Shown here: positions 12,891 through 24,902 of the stretch, in pieces | How positions within the stretch are numbered: position 1 is the stretch's first letter | How the letters are laid out: each line of letters begins with the position of its first letter | Assembly (NCBI RefSeq): GCF_964204645.1 | Contig: NC_134032.1 | Span: forward strand, 310,001-374,000 | Source: Tubulanus polymorphus | Lineage: Eukaryota; Animalia; Nemertea | Direction of reading: 5' to 3' | DNA: 64,000 bases | Notes under the pieces: generated by a model | Databases searched by the model: none | What the model saw: the letters and a program-made list of their open reading frames with translations, nothing else | Told to the model about the DNA's origin: nothing | Translations under genes and position numbers: made by a program

Positions 12891-13105
12891 CCACGCAGAG
12901 TTGGATCCGAAACGCTGCTATGGAGTCCTGACATTTGTTAATCTGCGATACTATTATGGTAAGTCTCCTCTGACACTGTTGTGGCAAACATCGCCTATAT
13001 AAACATGTATTGTGACAAAATAGACAGGTTCTCATGTGTTGATATGTGATAATCCTACCGCGGTTACGAGCTCAGTGTCATGTGAAGCGCTTTCCTTTCT
13101 GATCA

Positions 13106-13168
13106 GTCGGGCTAGTCGACTCGAGTGTCGGGCTAGTCGACTCGAGTGTCGGGCTAGTCGACTCGAGA
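13106..13168 (+). repeat. 21-bp tandem repeat x3 (gtcgggctagtcgactcgagt)
   Basis: Direct inspection. Confidence 0.8.
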
Positions 13169-13239
13169 GTGTCGTGGCGGTAGCTCACTAATTATTCGAA
13201 TTCTGAACTTTTTTCGCCGAATTTCTAATGTCTAATTTT

Positions 13240-14052
13240 TAGGCCAGCCGTAGACTGGGCCTGAAGCGAATTTAAATGACATGGTTTCCAGAGCAAAGGC
13301 TCTTTGACTGTGCAACTGGGCAGATGTTTATGGGAAAACCTTTCAGACTTATGTCGCCAATGGTTACGCGAGAAAACTGACCTCAAATGAAGCTACAGTA
13401 TCAAGTGATAAGAGATGGTTTCTTCCAGACGCGGTTTGCTATCCGTAAAAGAAAAAAATACGTGTTGTCTTCGATGCTGCAGCTAGCTATCAAGGAGTTT
13501 CCTTGAATAACCAGTTGACGTGCGGACCAGATCTGCTGCGAAGATTACCCGGGATACACCGCTACGCTTCAGACAAGAACCAATTGCTGTTATTAGAGAC
13601 ATATAAGCGATGGACCATCGAGTTAAGATATCGCCTGACGATCAACCCACAATAAGTTTCTTGTGGAGAGACTTAGAGATGTTTAACAGATGAATGTCAA
13701 CATCTTTGACGCCAGATGCTCAGCAGGAAATGCCTGTTATGCCTTTCGCGAAACCACCGAAGATCCTGATGTACTGCCAGATGTCAGAGATGCCATTCTG
13801 AAAGATTTCTACATGGATAACTTCCTCCACTCCAAGCCGAATACTGCCACTGCTACTAAGACGTTGATAGATGTCGCCTCTACTGTGTCACGTGGAGGGT
13901 TCCACCTGACGAAGTTCCCCAGCAACGGCTGCGACGTTCTAGCAGCCCTTCCAAAAGATGATACAACAAAGTTCCTGGATAGTGGACGTCTGCAAAGGGA
14001 ACGCGTGTTAGGCTTATTTTGGGATGCTGAAACTGACGGAATTGGTGTGTAG
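13240..14052 (+). mobile_element. Degenerate BEL/Pao LTR-retrotransposon reverse-transcriptase fragment
   Basis: Frameshifted translation gives GYARKL, WFLP, KIRVVFDAAA, SLNNQL..GPDLL, LRFRQEPIA, FLWRD, FYMDN (YVDD equivalent), LTKF.SN and RVLGLFWD, diagnostic of Pao-family RT; contains stops and frameshifts. Confidence 0.88.
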
Positions 14053-14309
14053 CTGCAGTTTTGACATTTTGTGTGTTGAATGAATTTCATCGATTATAAT
14101 GAGGAAGAATAAGGAATGTAATTAAGATGTCTGTCTTCTGTCTTTCTTCTCCCGAAAAAAGTCATTCTCTGATGTACTGATAATGGTTACTGTCAACTTC
14201 TGCTGATTGACCAGTAATTTACCTTTTATTGCAACCGTCGCAACCACGCACTTTCAACTGTCAGCACATAGACTGCAGCGAAGAGCAAAGATTCAGGTTC
14301 TGAAATGCA

Positions 14310-14692
14310 GATTGTTTGGGTTGCAGGACAAAACTTCAGCTTCAAAAACTGGAATCCTCTCAACGCGGGACAAAGGCCTTTTGAATTCAGGTCTATAATA
14401 CCCTCTTTGTTGAATTCAGTTATGTTTGGGCTGCAGGACAAAACTTCAGCTTCAAAAACTGGAATCCTCTTTACACGGGACAAAGGCCTTTTGAATTCAG
14501 GTCTATAATAACCATTTGTTGAATTCAGTTATGTTTGGGTTGCAGGACAAAACTTCAGCTTCAAAAACTGGAATCCTCTTTACACGGGACAAAGGCCTTT
14601 TGAATTCAGGTCTATAATACCCTCTTTGTTAAATTCAGTTATGTTTGGGTTGCAGGACAAAACTTCAGCTTCAAACACTAGAATCCTCTTAC
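14310..14692 (+). repeat. ~110-bp tandem repeat, ~3.5 copies
   Basis: tgtttgggttgcaggacaaaacttcagcttcaaaaactggaatcctct recurs at ~14312, 14423, 14532, 14642. Confidence 0.9.
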
Positions 14693-15721
14693 GGCAGGAA
14701 TAATTCAGTTCTATAAATATATATTCTTTAATTCTGTAGTGTTGTGGCTAGTAAAACAGTATAAAAAGGGAGGGTTTCAGGCAGTAGGAAATCTAAAGTG
14801 GTTGAGTAGAGGGAACTTAGGATGGTGGAGCTAAAGATAAGAGGCTGTGGGCTATGAAATGATTAAATGAAGATTGTACGGAAAGGCTATATCCGAATGA
14901 ATAATTGAACGATAGACTGAACGATTGCAGTCATTTTCACTTGATAGAGTCGGAATACAGAGATTGAGCACATCCACGACGGGACCAGATTATCCACTCA
15001 GATAGAGTCGCCGAGAGGATACTACTCGACAACACAACACAGGTGGACATTAACACTGGTCAAACCAACAAACATAGCACTGGTGGAGAACCATAACAAT
15101 TGGAGGAAACAGCCACCACAACAGGGCCAATACGATCACATTTAGACACCTGGCATCTTTCCTCAAATTATAGTGATGTATTTGGGCCGTGTATCAAGAT
15201 ACAGAACCGATTTTAGGATAAATGTTATCAACATTTTTATCGTATCACGACTAAAATTGGCAAAGAACTTATCGAACTTATCGAGGGGTGGGTCTAGTTT
15301 TGTCATCCACTACATCCACTGTGAATTTCAGCACATCTGGAAAATTCATATTCTCCTTTCGATTTTGTACATTGGCAATTTTATCTTTATAGTTTGCAAA
15401 TAATTGTAAGAGGCTTATCACTATATCGTCCTTTGGGGCAAACCATATTTATAGTTTGTGCTTCTGGGTTCAGCGCTCCACCAGGTTTTCAGGGGTTCGA
15501 CATAAGTTTGAGTGGTTTATTACTGCGTTGAACAAACCTTTTTTTACCGAAAGCAGATAATGAGCCAATAATATCTTAGATTCGCTGAAAGGAGGTGTGA
15601 GGAACATGGGTACAGATCCAATTAGAATCGAGCTTTAGATGTCTCATGTGAGTTGAGAATATATATCATCAGTTTTTGGTGTCATCCGCCGCATTCAACC
15701 GAGAATTTCATCTCACACGAG

Positions 15722-17225
15722 ATGATGAACGCCATCAACATTTTACTGGTCGGTGTTTTCTGTCTCATCGTCGCCGATGAGGTTTTCACCGAGTTCCGCT
15801 TTCAACAATTCACTCGCCTGCCAGAATGTTCGGGAGGCGGCAAACACAGCGAGAAAAACTCACAAAACTGGGCGAAAACAAACCGCGTGATCGCGAACAG
15901 AAATGTCCGTAGCCTCGTCGAGTGCGGAGCTGATTGTATGAATGATCAGAAATGTTCAGCCATGTCGTTCAACGGAGGGCATTGTTACCTGTATGACGTC
16001 AACGTCGACTACGCGTGCAGCGCCACCGACGACAAAACCAAGTACTACAAGGTAGGATTCAAATAACTCTTAAATAGCATCATTTAATTCATACTATTAG
16101 CCTTTATAACAGGCACTTGCTAAACAAATTCAAAAGATTGAAAATGAAATTCATTTAAGACAGAAATCTGTCCATCAAATTTTCAGGATTACTGAATTTT
16201 GTAATCGATGTTTATAATTTGCGCATAACGGATTTCGGTTATGAATTCTGTTCCTTGAGAAGAATAACGTTCACTTTTTCGAGGTAAAATGTAATAGTAA
16301 TTTTCTAAACGAGCACGTTTAACGCTGGTTTCAGAAGAGATATGATGGACCAATGGGCACCAGCAGTACCAGCATTGGTACCACCAGCACCAACACCACT
16401 AGCACCAGCAGCACCACCACCGCTATGACAACAGGTAAGTTCTTTTCTCCCAATTTACACCCAGTACCTCGGTTATATAGAATATCAAACTAAAATGAAT
16501 TTGACTCAAATGATAAATGACTCTCTAGCAGAAATATACAGGATTTGAACCCACAAACCAGTGAAATAAACACCTCAAACTATTCGGCTTTATTAATTAC
16601 AGTTCTTTTAACGACGCTCTTTGTGTTTTAATTTTCACCTGTTTCAGTCGTGAAACCTAAATTGCGCAAACTTCGTTATTTCTTCGATTTCGAGAAAGTT
16701 GATGCTGAACGTGGAATCGTGATCGGGGAGGGAGCCAATATGACGGTGCGTGATAGCAAAGGAAACATCATTAAACCTAAACTGGTCAAAGGGTTCAATA
16801 ACAGCCAAACTGTTTCACCCTCGGATTCGAAACTGAATTTACATTTCGGGGTCAGAAATGATGGAAATCATTTTAAAAACTACTCGATTTCTTATTTAGT
16901 TCTCGGGAATAATCACATAAGGGTTGCTATGAATGAAGTCGATATATTCTCGCACTTGCTCCCTTTTTCTACTACGTGTCTGATAGATCCAATGAGAAGA
17001 AGAGTGTTGAATGGCTACAATATCGATAGTAAAGTATTCGACAAGAGGGAATGGGTTTCATTGAGATGCACGGACGGGGATTTGTACCTTAATGATACGC
17101 GTTTATCGAGCGGTCGAATGTTTGGGTCAGGTAATTTTAAGATGGATGGTCCGATAATTCGTGTTCATACAACCATAAATGACGAAGCTGTGATTGATAA
17201 CCTGGCGGTAGAATTTTGGTTTTAA
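15722..17225 (+). CDS. Secreted protein (~335 aa): signal peptide, PAN/apple domain, Thr/Ser-rich linker, divergent LamG/concanavalin-like domain
   Basis: Exons 15722-16051, 16335-16434, 16648-17225 with compatible phases; hydrophobic N-terminus; SLVECGADCMNDQKCSAMSFNGGHCYL is the PAN Cys pattern; YFFDFE..VRDSKGN, EWVSL..LYLND and IDNL resemble LamG-like folds. Confidence 0.8.
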
Positions 17226-17927
17226 TAAACTTGACACTAAGGAATATCTACGGATGGTGTGGCCTCAAATATGAGTAACCGATTAGGATGTATCAACAAT
17301 TCAACAATAAGAACATTTCAATCAATAAATGATTTTATCATATTCATCAAAATCAAACGTTTCGCTTTAAATTAGGTACAGTTTTAGAATATGCGTAATT
17401 TTAGTTACTAAACGTGACTATTATGTTTATGTAAGATCAATTGATTATGTAAATTTCACGCAATAAATGATTATGATAATTATCAAAATGAATGAGTTTT
17501 TGGTTTTTTATTTCGCTCCAGTTTTGACAACTGTTTAGTGTAAAGTACTCGTAAGCGGTCCAGGGGCAAGAAAAAATTTGAAAACTTAGCAAACACGTTT
17601 ATGCAATTTTAAGGTGCATTTTAGACCGGTTTAGGGAGGTGTCGTACCCTCGCAACCGAACTCGCCCCTGCAGTGCCACCGAAATGTGAAAAATGTCAAT
17701 TCACGGAAAGCCACCTGGTGGTGTTTCTTCTAACCATACGTGGAACGTTGGGCTCGTATTGTAGTATGTAGTTTAGAACTCGAGCCTAGTTCTCGTATCT
17801 AACTGCAGCGCGGCTTTACTATCAACCAGTTTTATCGATGCGTTCTCTGCATGGGGCGGGTGTTGAGTTGTTCTTTTCTATACTTGTCACTGCGCAGAAT
17901 GAAACCCCCTACGAGCATGTATACACT

Positions 17928-18266
17928 CATCCTCCCCCGGCAGGGACTCGAACCTGATGGCATCGAGATTGCCACGGCACGAAACCCTGCCATAATCGAC
18001 CGTGTGCGCAGATACATGCGCAGTTCAGATGATGTGATTTTTAGCCAATCAGAAATCCTGTTTTATTTTAGCCCGGGTTTTCCCATTTATAGTTCTTCCT
18101 TGAAATTTGCCTCAACGATTATACAACGAGCGATCTGATTGGTGCCGCCAGTTTTCGCTCGGAAAGCTGCGCATGTACCTGCGCATCCGGTCTACTGATG
18201 CAGGGGTTCGTGCCGTGGCTGAGTGTAGCGATGCCATCAGGTTCGAGTCCCTGCAGAGGGAGGATG
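17928..18266. mobile_element. Second copy of the Mutator-like MITE
   Basis: Same sequence as 8709-9046; flanks gtatacact / gtaaacact (8/9 match). Confidence 0.88.
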
Positions 18267-18953
18267 GTAAACACTCGATAATTCATATTCGAGCTGAAAC
18301 ATGCTCCGGTATCATCTGACACTTCGGTCCGAAAGCATCTATTCATATATATTTCATATATTCACACAGCTCGTTCGGTGAAACTAATATATTTCTCTTC
18401 ATTCACACGTGTGTAGATATTACATATTAATTACTCTTTACATTTCAACAAATAAACTCATGTGGACACCTGATACGATATCAATACCGGAACATTGCTG
18501 GCCTTTCTAACGACTTCACAGAATCCAAATTCTAAATTAGACCACCAGTGCAACCGCGTCTAGATACAAATATAACCCATATTCACAAATATTTGGAGTC
18601 ATTGACTCTGGTGTAACAAGCCGCAACATTCACAACTTCACGTGAATTTCACGGAGTCAAAATTTTCAAAATGTTTTCGCCGAGCTGTGGATTTTAAAAG
18701 CGCTGTCATTGCGGTGCCAAATGCGCATGCGTCAGTTGGCTACAACATCTTAAAACTACCTAAACGGATTGATTTTAGAATCAACGCGCAGCGCTGCTAT
18801 ATCCAGCCTCTCCTGTTGAGATAATTGCTCGTCGAACATACACGCGACCTGTATCTTTCATTTGGTACAAAGAACTTGGTAATCCAAAGCGCTCAGACCG
18901 CGCCAACCATGGTTGCAGCGACTAAGTTTCACCGTTTGTCTCTTAAGGTACAG

Positions 18954-18985
18954 CATGGACGTATAATCTAGTTTATACGTCCATG
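18954..18985. mobile_element. 32-bp palindromic mini-element with 7-bp flanking duplication
   Basis: catggacgtataa-tctagt-ttatacgtccatg flanked by ggtacag on both sides (18947-18953 / 18986-18992). Confidence 0.6.
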
Positions 18986-19208
18986 GGTACAGATATTTCG
19001 CGACACGTGGATACCTGTACATCATCAATTAGTGGTATACAATAGTTAATGTTCAGCCGTTACGAAAAATCTCAAGTCAGGTCGCAAAATAACGATATCG
19101 TTTTAATGATTTGCGATACTGATATACGGGCCTAATTAGGGTTTGGTCGACACTAGACACGATATTTTTCTACGTCGCGTAGATCGGACCGCGGCATCAT
19201 CCGCTCCT

Positions 19209-20221
19209 ATGGACGGTAACTCAACGACTCCGTCCGATGTCTCATCGGACCGTCAGGTCTGAACGATTCGAGGTCGCGTCCCTCGCCGTCATGATACTCG
19301 GCATTCTGTTGAACATTTTGGTCGTCGTTACTTAAGATATTGAGTTCGACTCACATTTCTTATTATCTTCTACGCTGTTTGGCTGTTATGGATATTGTGT
19401 TTTTAATATGGCGCGGGATACAAGGACCGGTACGCATCATACAGCGCTGATGATACAAGCAGTAAGATAGGGGGACTATGCCGTGGATCTTTCTGATATC
19501 GCGTATTCCGCGCACTGCATCCCAAATGACACGTAACTGGATAACTGTCGGTGTCGTCGTACGACGAACTCTATCGATTCTGTTTCCATTTTTCGCGAAA
19601 CGAACTATAACACAATTTCGAATCAAAGTCCTGATAGTTGTAGGCTTCGTATTCTTCGGACTGATCGAAGCGCCTTATTTCGCTACAATCGACGGAGTTC
19701 ATCATTTTTGGGACGACTGCTCGGACCGTATTCAAATGTACATCCGCGAAAACAAAGGAACATTATCGAAAACTATACAAAATATGATTTCGGCTGTTGA
19801 CGGACCGATTATCAAAGAATATCTACCGGTTACATTACTTATCATTTCCAATACAATTATGATAGTAAAACTGCGACAAATTCAGGCTAAACGCAAAGAG
19901 GATTTCACCTCACACGGAGGTGAGGATAGAAATAGAAATATTGATATCAAGGCTACGACAATGGCGATATCGGTTGTTTTGGTGTTCATCGTTTTTGAGA
20001 CACCCGGATCTTTCTCTTCGATATATCATTACATACGATCGGGTTTCCCGTCTTTACCCCCTTTGCCGAATGATTATTGGTATTTCGGTCGAGTTGTCAG
20101 CGCTTTCTTTCCTGTGTTGAATTCTGCGTCCAATTTTTTCCTGTACCGTATCGTAAACGGAACGTTTAGGAAAACAGCTCTGAAACTTATGCGAGACCGA
20201 TGTCGACGAAACGCGACATGA
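19209..20221 (+). pseudogene. Intronless rhodopsin-class GPCR (FMRFamide-receptor/Srw-like) pseudogene
   Basis: TM1 GILLNILVV and TM2 LRCLAVMDIVFL lie upstream across stops and frameshifts; the ORF from 19478 holds TM3-TM7 (RNWITV, FIVFETP, LNSASNFFLY, FRK). Confidence 0.8.
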
Positions 20222-20324
20222 TCAAATGAACGTTGAACTTGCTATTGCTAATTCTAATTTGAACAGTTCGAACATAATTTACTAATTGTATGTTGTGATT
20301 TATGACGACTAACAATTACGTAGT

Positions 20325-20835
20325 TTGATGGTAGTAATTTCTGCAGCAATTTACACACCCCGTATCTCGCTACTACTAGAGTTGTTCTTTTTTGGGATGT
20401 CAGCACAAATACTCTCAAATGGGAACGCAATAAAAGTGATTCAGAGAATACTGAGGACTTTATTTTCGTCGACTTTTTCTGTTTACGGACCAATTTTTAA
20501 AGAGCATTTACTGATCGTGTTGTTTATTATTTTCAATACAGGTTATGATAGTAAAACTGCGACAAATTCAGGCTAAACGTAAAGAAGATTTCACCTCACA
20601 CGGAGGTGAGAATAGAAATATAAATATTGATATTAAAGCTACTACAGTTTATACGGGAAATGGCAATATCAGTTATTTTGGTTTTTATCATTTTTGAAGC
20701 ACCCGGCTCTATATAGTAAAACACGGTCTCGTTTCACGTCTTTACCCCCTATACCACGCAATTATTGATATTTCGAAACCCCGAACTTTGCTCTTTTTCC
20801 GACATCCAATTTTTCCTTATACTGTATTGTAAATA
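20325..20835 (+). pseudogene. Degraded tandem paralog fragment of the preceding GPCR (TM4-TM7 region)
   Basis: 20544-20645 nearly duplicates 19858-19960 (atgatagtaaaactgcgacaaattcaggctaaacg...); multiple frameshifts. Confidence 0.75.
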
Positions 20836-20839
20836 CATG

Positions 20840-20998
20840 CAGTCAACCACCGATAAACTGCCCTACAATTAACCCCCACCCCGCCTACCGCCAGGTTTTA
20901 TCGAAATACACTTCTATAGAAATATGTACTAAAACCCCCTCGATATACCGCCAAAAATCGTTCTGCACCGATGAGGGTGGAATATCGGGGGTTGACAG
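20840..20998. mobile_element. Tc1/mariner-pogo-like MITE
   Basis: TIR cagtcaaccaccgata / tatcgggggttgacag followed by TA. Confidence 0.6.
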
Positions 20999-21024
20999 TA
21001 TAAAGTGTCTTCATTGTATCTGTC

Positions 21025-22229
21025 GAAAATGTCTCATAGAATTGAGTCTAAACGTCACTACTGTCTTAGTTTCGAAAATGTCTCATAGAATCGAGTCTAA
21101 ATGTCACTACTCTCTTAGTTTCGAAAATGTCTCATAGAATCGAGTCTAAACGTCACTACTCTCTTAGTTTTGAAAATGTCTCATAGAATTGAGTCTAAAC
21201 GTCACTAATCTCTTAGTTTCGAAAATGTCTCATAGAATCGAGTCTTAACGTCACTACTCTCTTAGTTTTGAAAATGTCTCATAGAATCGAGTCTTAACGT
21301 CACTACTGTCTTAGTTTTGAAAATGTCTCATAGAATCGAGTCTTAACGTCACTACTCTCTTAGTTTCGAAAATGTCTCATAGAATCGAGTCTAAATGTCA
21401 CTACTCTCTTAGTTTCGAAAATGTCTCATAGAATCGAGTCTAAACGTCACTACTCTCTTAGTTTTGAAAATGTCTCATAGAATTGAGTCTAAACGTCACT
21501 AATCTCTTAGTTTCGAAAATGTCTCATAGAATCGAGTCTTAACGTCACTACTCTCTTAGTTTTGAAAATGTCTCATAGAATCGAGTCTTAACGTCACTAC
21601 TGTCTTAGTTTTGAAAATGTCTCATAGAATTGAGTCTAAACGTCAATACTCTCTTAGTTTCGAAAATGTCTCATAGAATCGAGTCTAAATGTCACTAATC
21701 TCTTAGTTTTGAAAATGTCTCATAGAATCGAGTCTAAATGTCACTACTCTCTTAGTTTCGAAAATGTCTCATAGAATTGAGTCTAAACGTCACTACTCTC
21801 TTAGTTTTGAAAATGTCTCATAGAATCGAGTCTAAACGTCACTACTCTCTTAGTTTCGAAAATGTCTCATAGAATCGAGTCTAAACGTCACTACTCTCTT
21901 AGTTTCGAAAATGTCTCATAGAATCGAGTCTAAACGTCACTAATCTCTTAGTTTTGAAAATGTCTCATAGAATCGAGTCTAAACGTCACTAATCTCTTAG
22001 TTTCGAAAATGTCTCATAGAATCGAGTCTAAACGTCACTACTCTCTTAGTTTCGAAAATGTCTCATAGAATCGAGTCTAAATGTCACTAATCTCTTAGTT
22101 TTGAAAATGTCTCATACAATTGAGTCTAAACGTCACTACTCTCTTAGTTTTGAAAATGTCTCATAGAATTGAGTCTAAACGTCACTAATCTCTTAGTTTT
22201 GAAAATGGCTCATAGAATTGAGTCTAAAC
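21025..22229 (+). repeat. 49-bp minisatellite, ~24.6 copies
   Basis: Unit gaaaatgtctcatagaatcgagtctaaacgtcactactctcttagtttc with an exact 49-bp period from 21025 to 22201. Confidence 0.97.
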
Positions 22230-22631
22230 TCTCTAAGTCATTGCAACAAGGCATAACTTTATTTCTGAAAATATATTTTCCTGATCTATTGATTAATAAT
22301 AATTAATAATTATCGAAATCGAAGCCAGTGAAAACAATGAACAAGTCTGGCATATGTTTTTTTCATCTACGGTTGGGTTAGTTTTTTGCACGCATCCCTA
22401 TTGTTTTATCACAGCAGGAATCAGTAAAACTGATCTGGAAACAGTTTGGATGCAAGTTTGAACATCTATTATTGCGTTCATGGCTCAGTTGATTTTTTGC
22501 ACGCATTCGCCGTTTCGACCGCGTGGATGTTTTTAATTTCTCATTCGACAAAAAATGAATCGATTGTAAATTTCTGCTTTGATAATTTCACCCAGTTTGA
22601 GATGAGAGGCGGGTGGTGCGGACACAGTCAA

Positions 22632-22688
22632 TATAAACCAATCAGTTTCATCAACATTTCATCGACTTGGAATCGTTTGTATTCGAAG
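22632..22688 (+). promoter_or_regulatory. Putative TATA box and non-coding first exon of the peptide gene
   Basis: TATAAA at 22632-22637, consensus donor AAG|GTAAGT after 22688, matching acceptor ttcactttcag ending at 23192 just before the ATG. Confidence 0.5.
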
Positions 22689-23193
22689 GTAAGTTCAATT
22701 TTGATGCTGTTGAATCATCGAGTCAACATTGATCTGATATTTTGTTGCTGTTTCTAGAGAGAAATGATAAAACATCTTTGAAATATCAAAACTTATTTCT
22801 AACTGTAGGATTTTGTATTTGATTCTGTTAAATTTTGCTAGGTTTTATGATCAATTAGAGATGTATTGAATATTTGTAATGACTGCTGGAAATCAGTCCA
22901 AATATCTCGGATTTATTTGTTTCTATTCCAGCTTTGTGAATTTCTCGTATAAATCCGTGATTTGTCACCAAAACAAAACCGCAGTTAAGTAAGTTACTCG
23001 TTTCTTGTATTAAACATTCCGTTCCAATAAGGAACAAGTACCCATTTTATCTGTTTACAATATTTTCACTTTTTTTACGGTAAAAATTTGCGAATCAAGT
23101 GCGAATAACAAAAGGATTAAATCGACCATTCTAGTAACTGTTACAGTGTTATATCTCAGTGGCTATTTTTAACATTTCAAATTCACTTTCAGA

Positions 23194-23469
23194 ATGTTTA
23201 CTAAAACTCTGTTCATTGCCTTGGCCTTGTTTATGGTCGTTGGAGCTTCTGTCGCGGCAACTGAAGGTATTTCGTTAGGTTTTTTAAAACACGAGTTTAT
23301 ATTTTGCTTACAAGTTAAATCAATATAGATCAATCTATTTACAGAAATTCAGATTGAAAAGAGAGGAACTCCGTGTAAATGTCGTGGGAAAACCGGCACA
23401 TATTGGTTTGCTGGTTGTTGCGACTCCAGATGTTGCACTGCCTTCATGGGAGTTTGCTGTCCTAACTAA
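23194..23469 (+). CDS. 65-aa secreted cysteine-rich peptide precursor, APETx/BDS (anemone beta-defensin-fold toxin)-like
   Basis: Exons 23194-23266 and 23345-23469 (phase 1) give MFTKTLFIALALFMVVGASVAA-TEEIQIEKR-GTPCKCRGKTGTYWFAGCCDSRCCTAFMGVCCPN*: signal peptide, acidic propeptide, KR site, 34-aa mature peptide. Confidence 0.88.
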
Positions 23470-23586
23470 GATGTTTTGTTTCCGATATTTCGCTAATTCC
23501 TAGATGAATTGAATTCTAATCGTATAAAAAGTGGATACAACATAATCTGCGAAGCTCTTTTCTCTGTTCGCTATTTACTTTATCGC

Positions 23587-23599
23587 CCACTAGGGGGCG
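23587..23599 (+). promoter_or_regulatory. CTCF consensus motif
   Basis: CCACTAGGGGGCG matches the CCACYAGRKGGCR core; similar sites at 32938-32950 (CCACTAGATGGCG) and 56313-56326 (- strand). Confidence 0.5.
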
Positions 23600-23860
23600 T
23601 AACGTGGTCCGTATCCAGGTTTTTGTGTTGTTTGCAAATTTGGCAACTCTCTTTGATTGTACACCTAAAACTACGTGAACGACTTACATAAAATCGACGC
23701 ATTCAAAATTTCAAATTGAGTGCCCCAAATTTCGCGCCGTCGTTCTGAGTCTTAACTATTGCTGCCGGCAAGTACCAGATTAGAAATCGGTATTGCCTCA
23801 TTCATAATGCCTACAAGGAATTCACGCACGATTAGGAAAAAGTCATTCAGATGATATGAC

Positions 23861-24210
23861 CTAATTCATCAGATTTTTCTGTTGTGTTAATTTCAGTTTA
23901 CAACATAAACAATCGGTAAATAATTTGATGAATTCATTCTTGAAAACTTTCATTGTCCCGATATATATGAAAAAATTAACGCAGAAGACAAATTGTCGAA
24001 ATGTTTCTAGAAATTTGTCTAACCCATACCATAAAGTACTTAAAAAGAATCGCAAATGAGGATTCGATATGGAATCGATACGTATACGGTGATTCCTAGA
24101 AATGACTGGTTCAATGGCGCGCGGGATGCACTGAGCTGCAGCGTGCGGGAAAACTAGTAAAATATACACAATAACTACAACAAGAAGAGTTTTACTGGCT
24201 CCTGTCCAGA
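23861..24210 (-). pseudogene. 5'-truncated GPCR fragment (TM6-TM7-helix 8), FMRFamide-receptor/Srw-like
   Basis: ASKTLLVVVIVYILLVFP...FCVNFFIY..MKVFKNEF; the upstream part is replaced by the 167-bp repeat from 24211 and no acceptor is evident. Confidence 0.7.
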
Positions 24211-24693
24211 TTGTCCTCATTATAACCATTGATGAAACACTCTGAGTCCGTATTGTAAAGATATTATAAAATCCCTGCACACTAAGAATAAAAAGAGTCT
24301 GAAATGTTTCCTTGAGCTAGTGTAGTTTATTCAACGTTTCGACTATATCCTAATAGTCATCTTCAGGAATACTGATGTTGTCCTCATTATAACCATTGAT
24401 GAAACACTCTGAGTCCGTGTTGTAAAGATAATATAAAATCCCTGCACACTTAGAATAAAAAGAGTCTGAAATGTTTCCTTGAGCTAGTGTAGTTTATTCA
24501 ACTATATTCTAATAGTCATCTTCAGGAATACTGATGTTGTCCTCATTATAACCATTGATGAAACACTCTGAGTCCGTGTTGTAAAGATATTATAAAATCC
24601 CTGCACACTAAGAATAAAAAGAGTCTGAAATGTTTCCTTGAGCTAGTGTAGTTTATTCAACGTTTCCACTATATCCTAAGCTTCATGAATACT
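24211..24693 (-). mobile_element. 167-bp hammerhead-ribozyme repeat (Penelope pLTR/retrozyme-like), ~3 units
   Basis: Reverse complement of the 58124 and 62037 arrays; one intact hammerhead at ~24329-24372 (-), the others degenerate. Confidence 0.85.
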
Positions 24694-24902
24694 GGTTTAC
24701 AACAGGATTCTCAACAGATATACGTAGTTTAAAAGATTAAATCATTCAATGGTTAAGAGTTTAGTGATATCGGTTTAGTCAACAGTTGTGTATGGTTAGG
24801 TTTGTGTATCTGTATAAAAGAAGCTTACATATTGCTATTTCGATTGTAGAAGATGGTTACAAGCTCCAAATCAAAATCAAGCTTGAAAAATTTAGATTTA
24901 GG

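Noticed and set aside
12019-12934. 194-aa and overlapping repetitive ORFs
   Set aside because: Translations of two adjacent minisatellites.
14870-15190. Possible Gypsy integrase C-terminal relic (IIER..LND..IIHSDR)
   Set aside because: Too degraded to support without a profile search.
21025-22229. CRISPR-like appearance of the regular 49-bp array
   Set aside because: Units are contiguous with no unique spacers, there are no cas genes, and the context is eukaryotic.
23351-23355. Alternative acceptor (ttcag|att) for the peptide's last exon
   Set aside because: Gives an immediate TGA; the acceptor ending at 23344 keeps the frame through KR and the Cys pattern.
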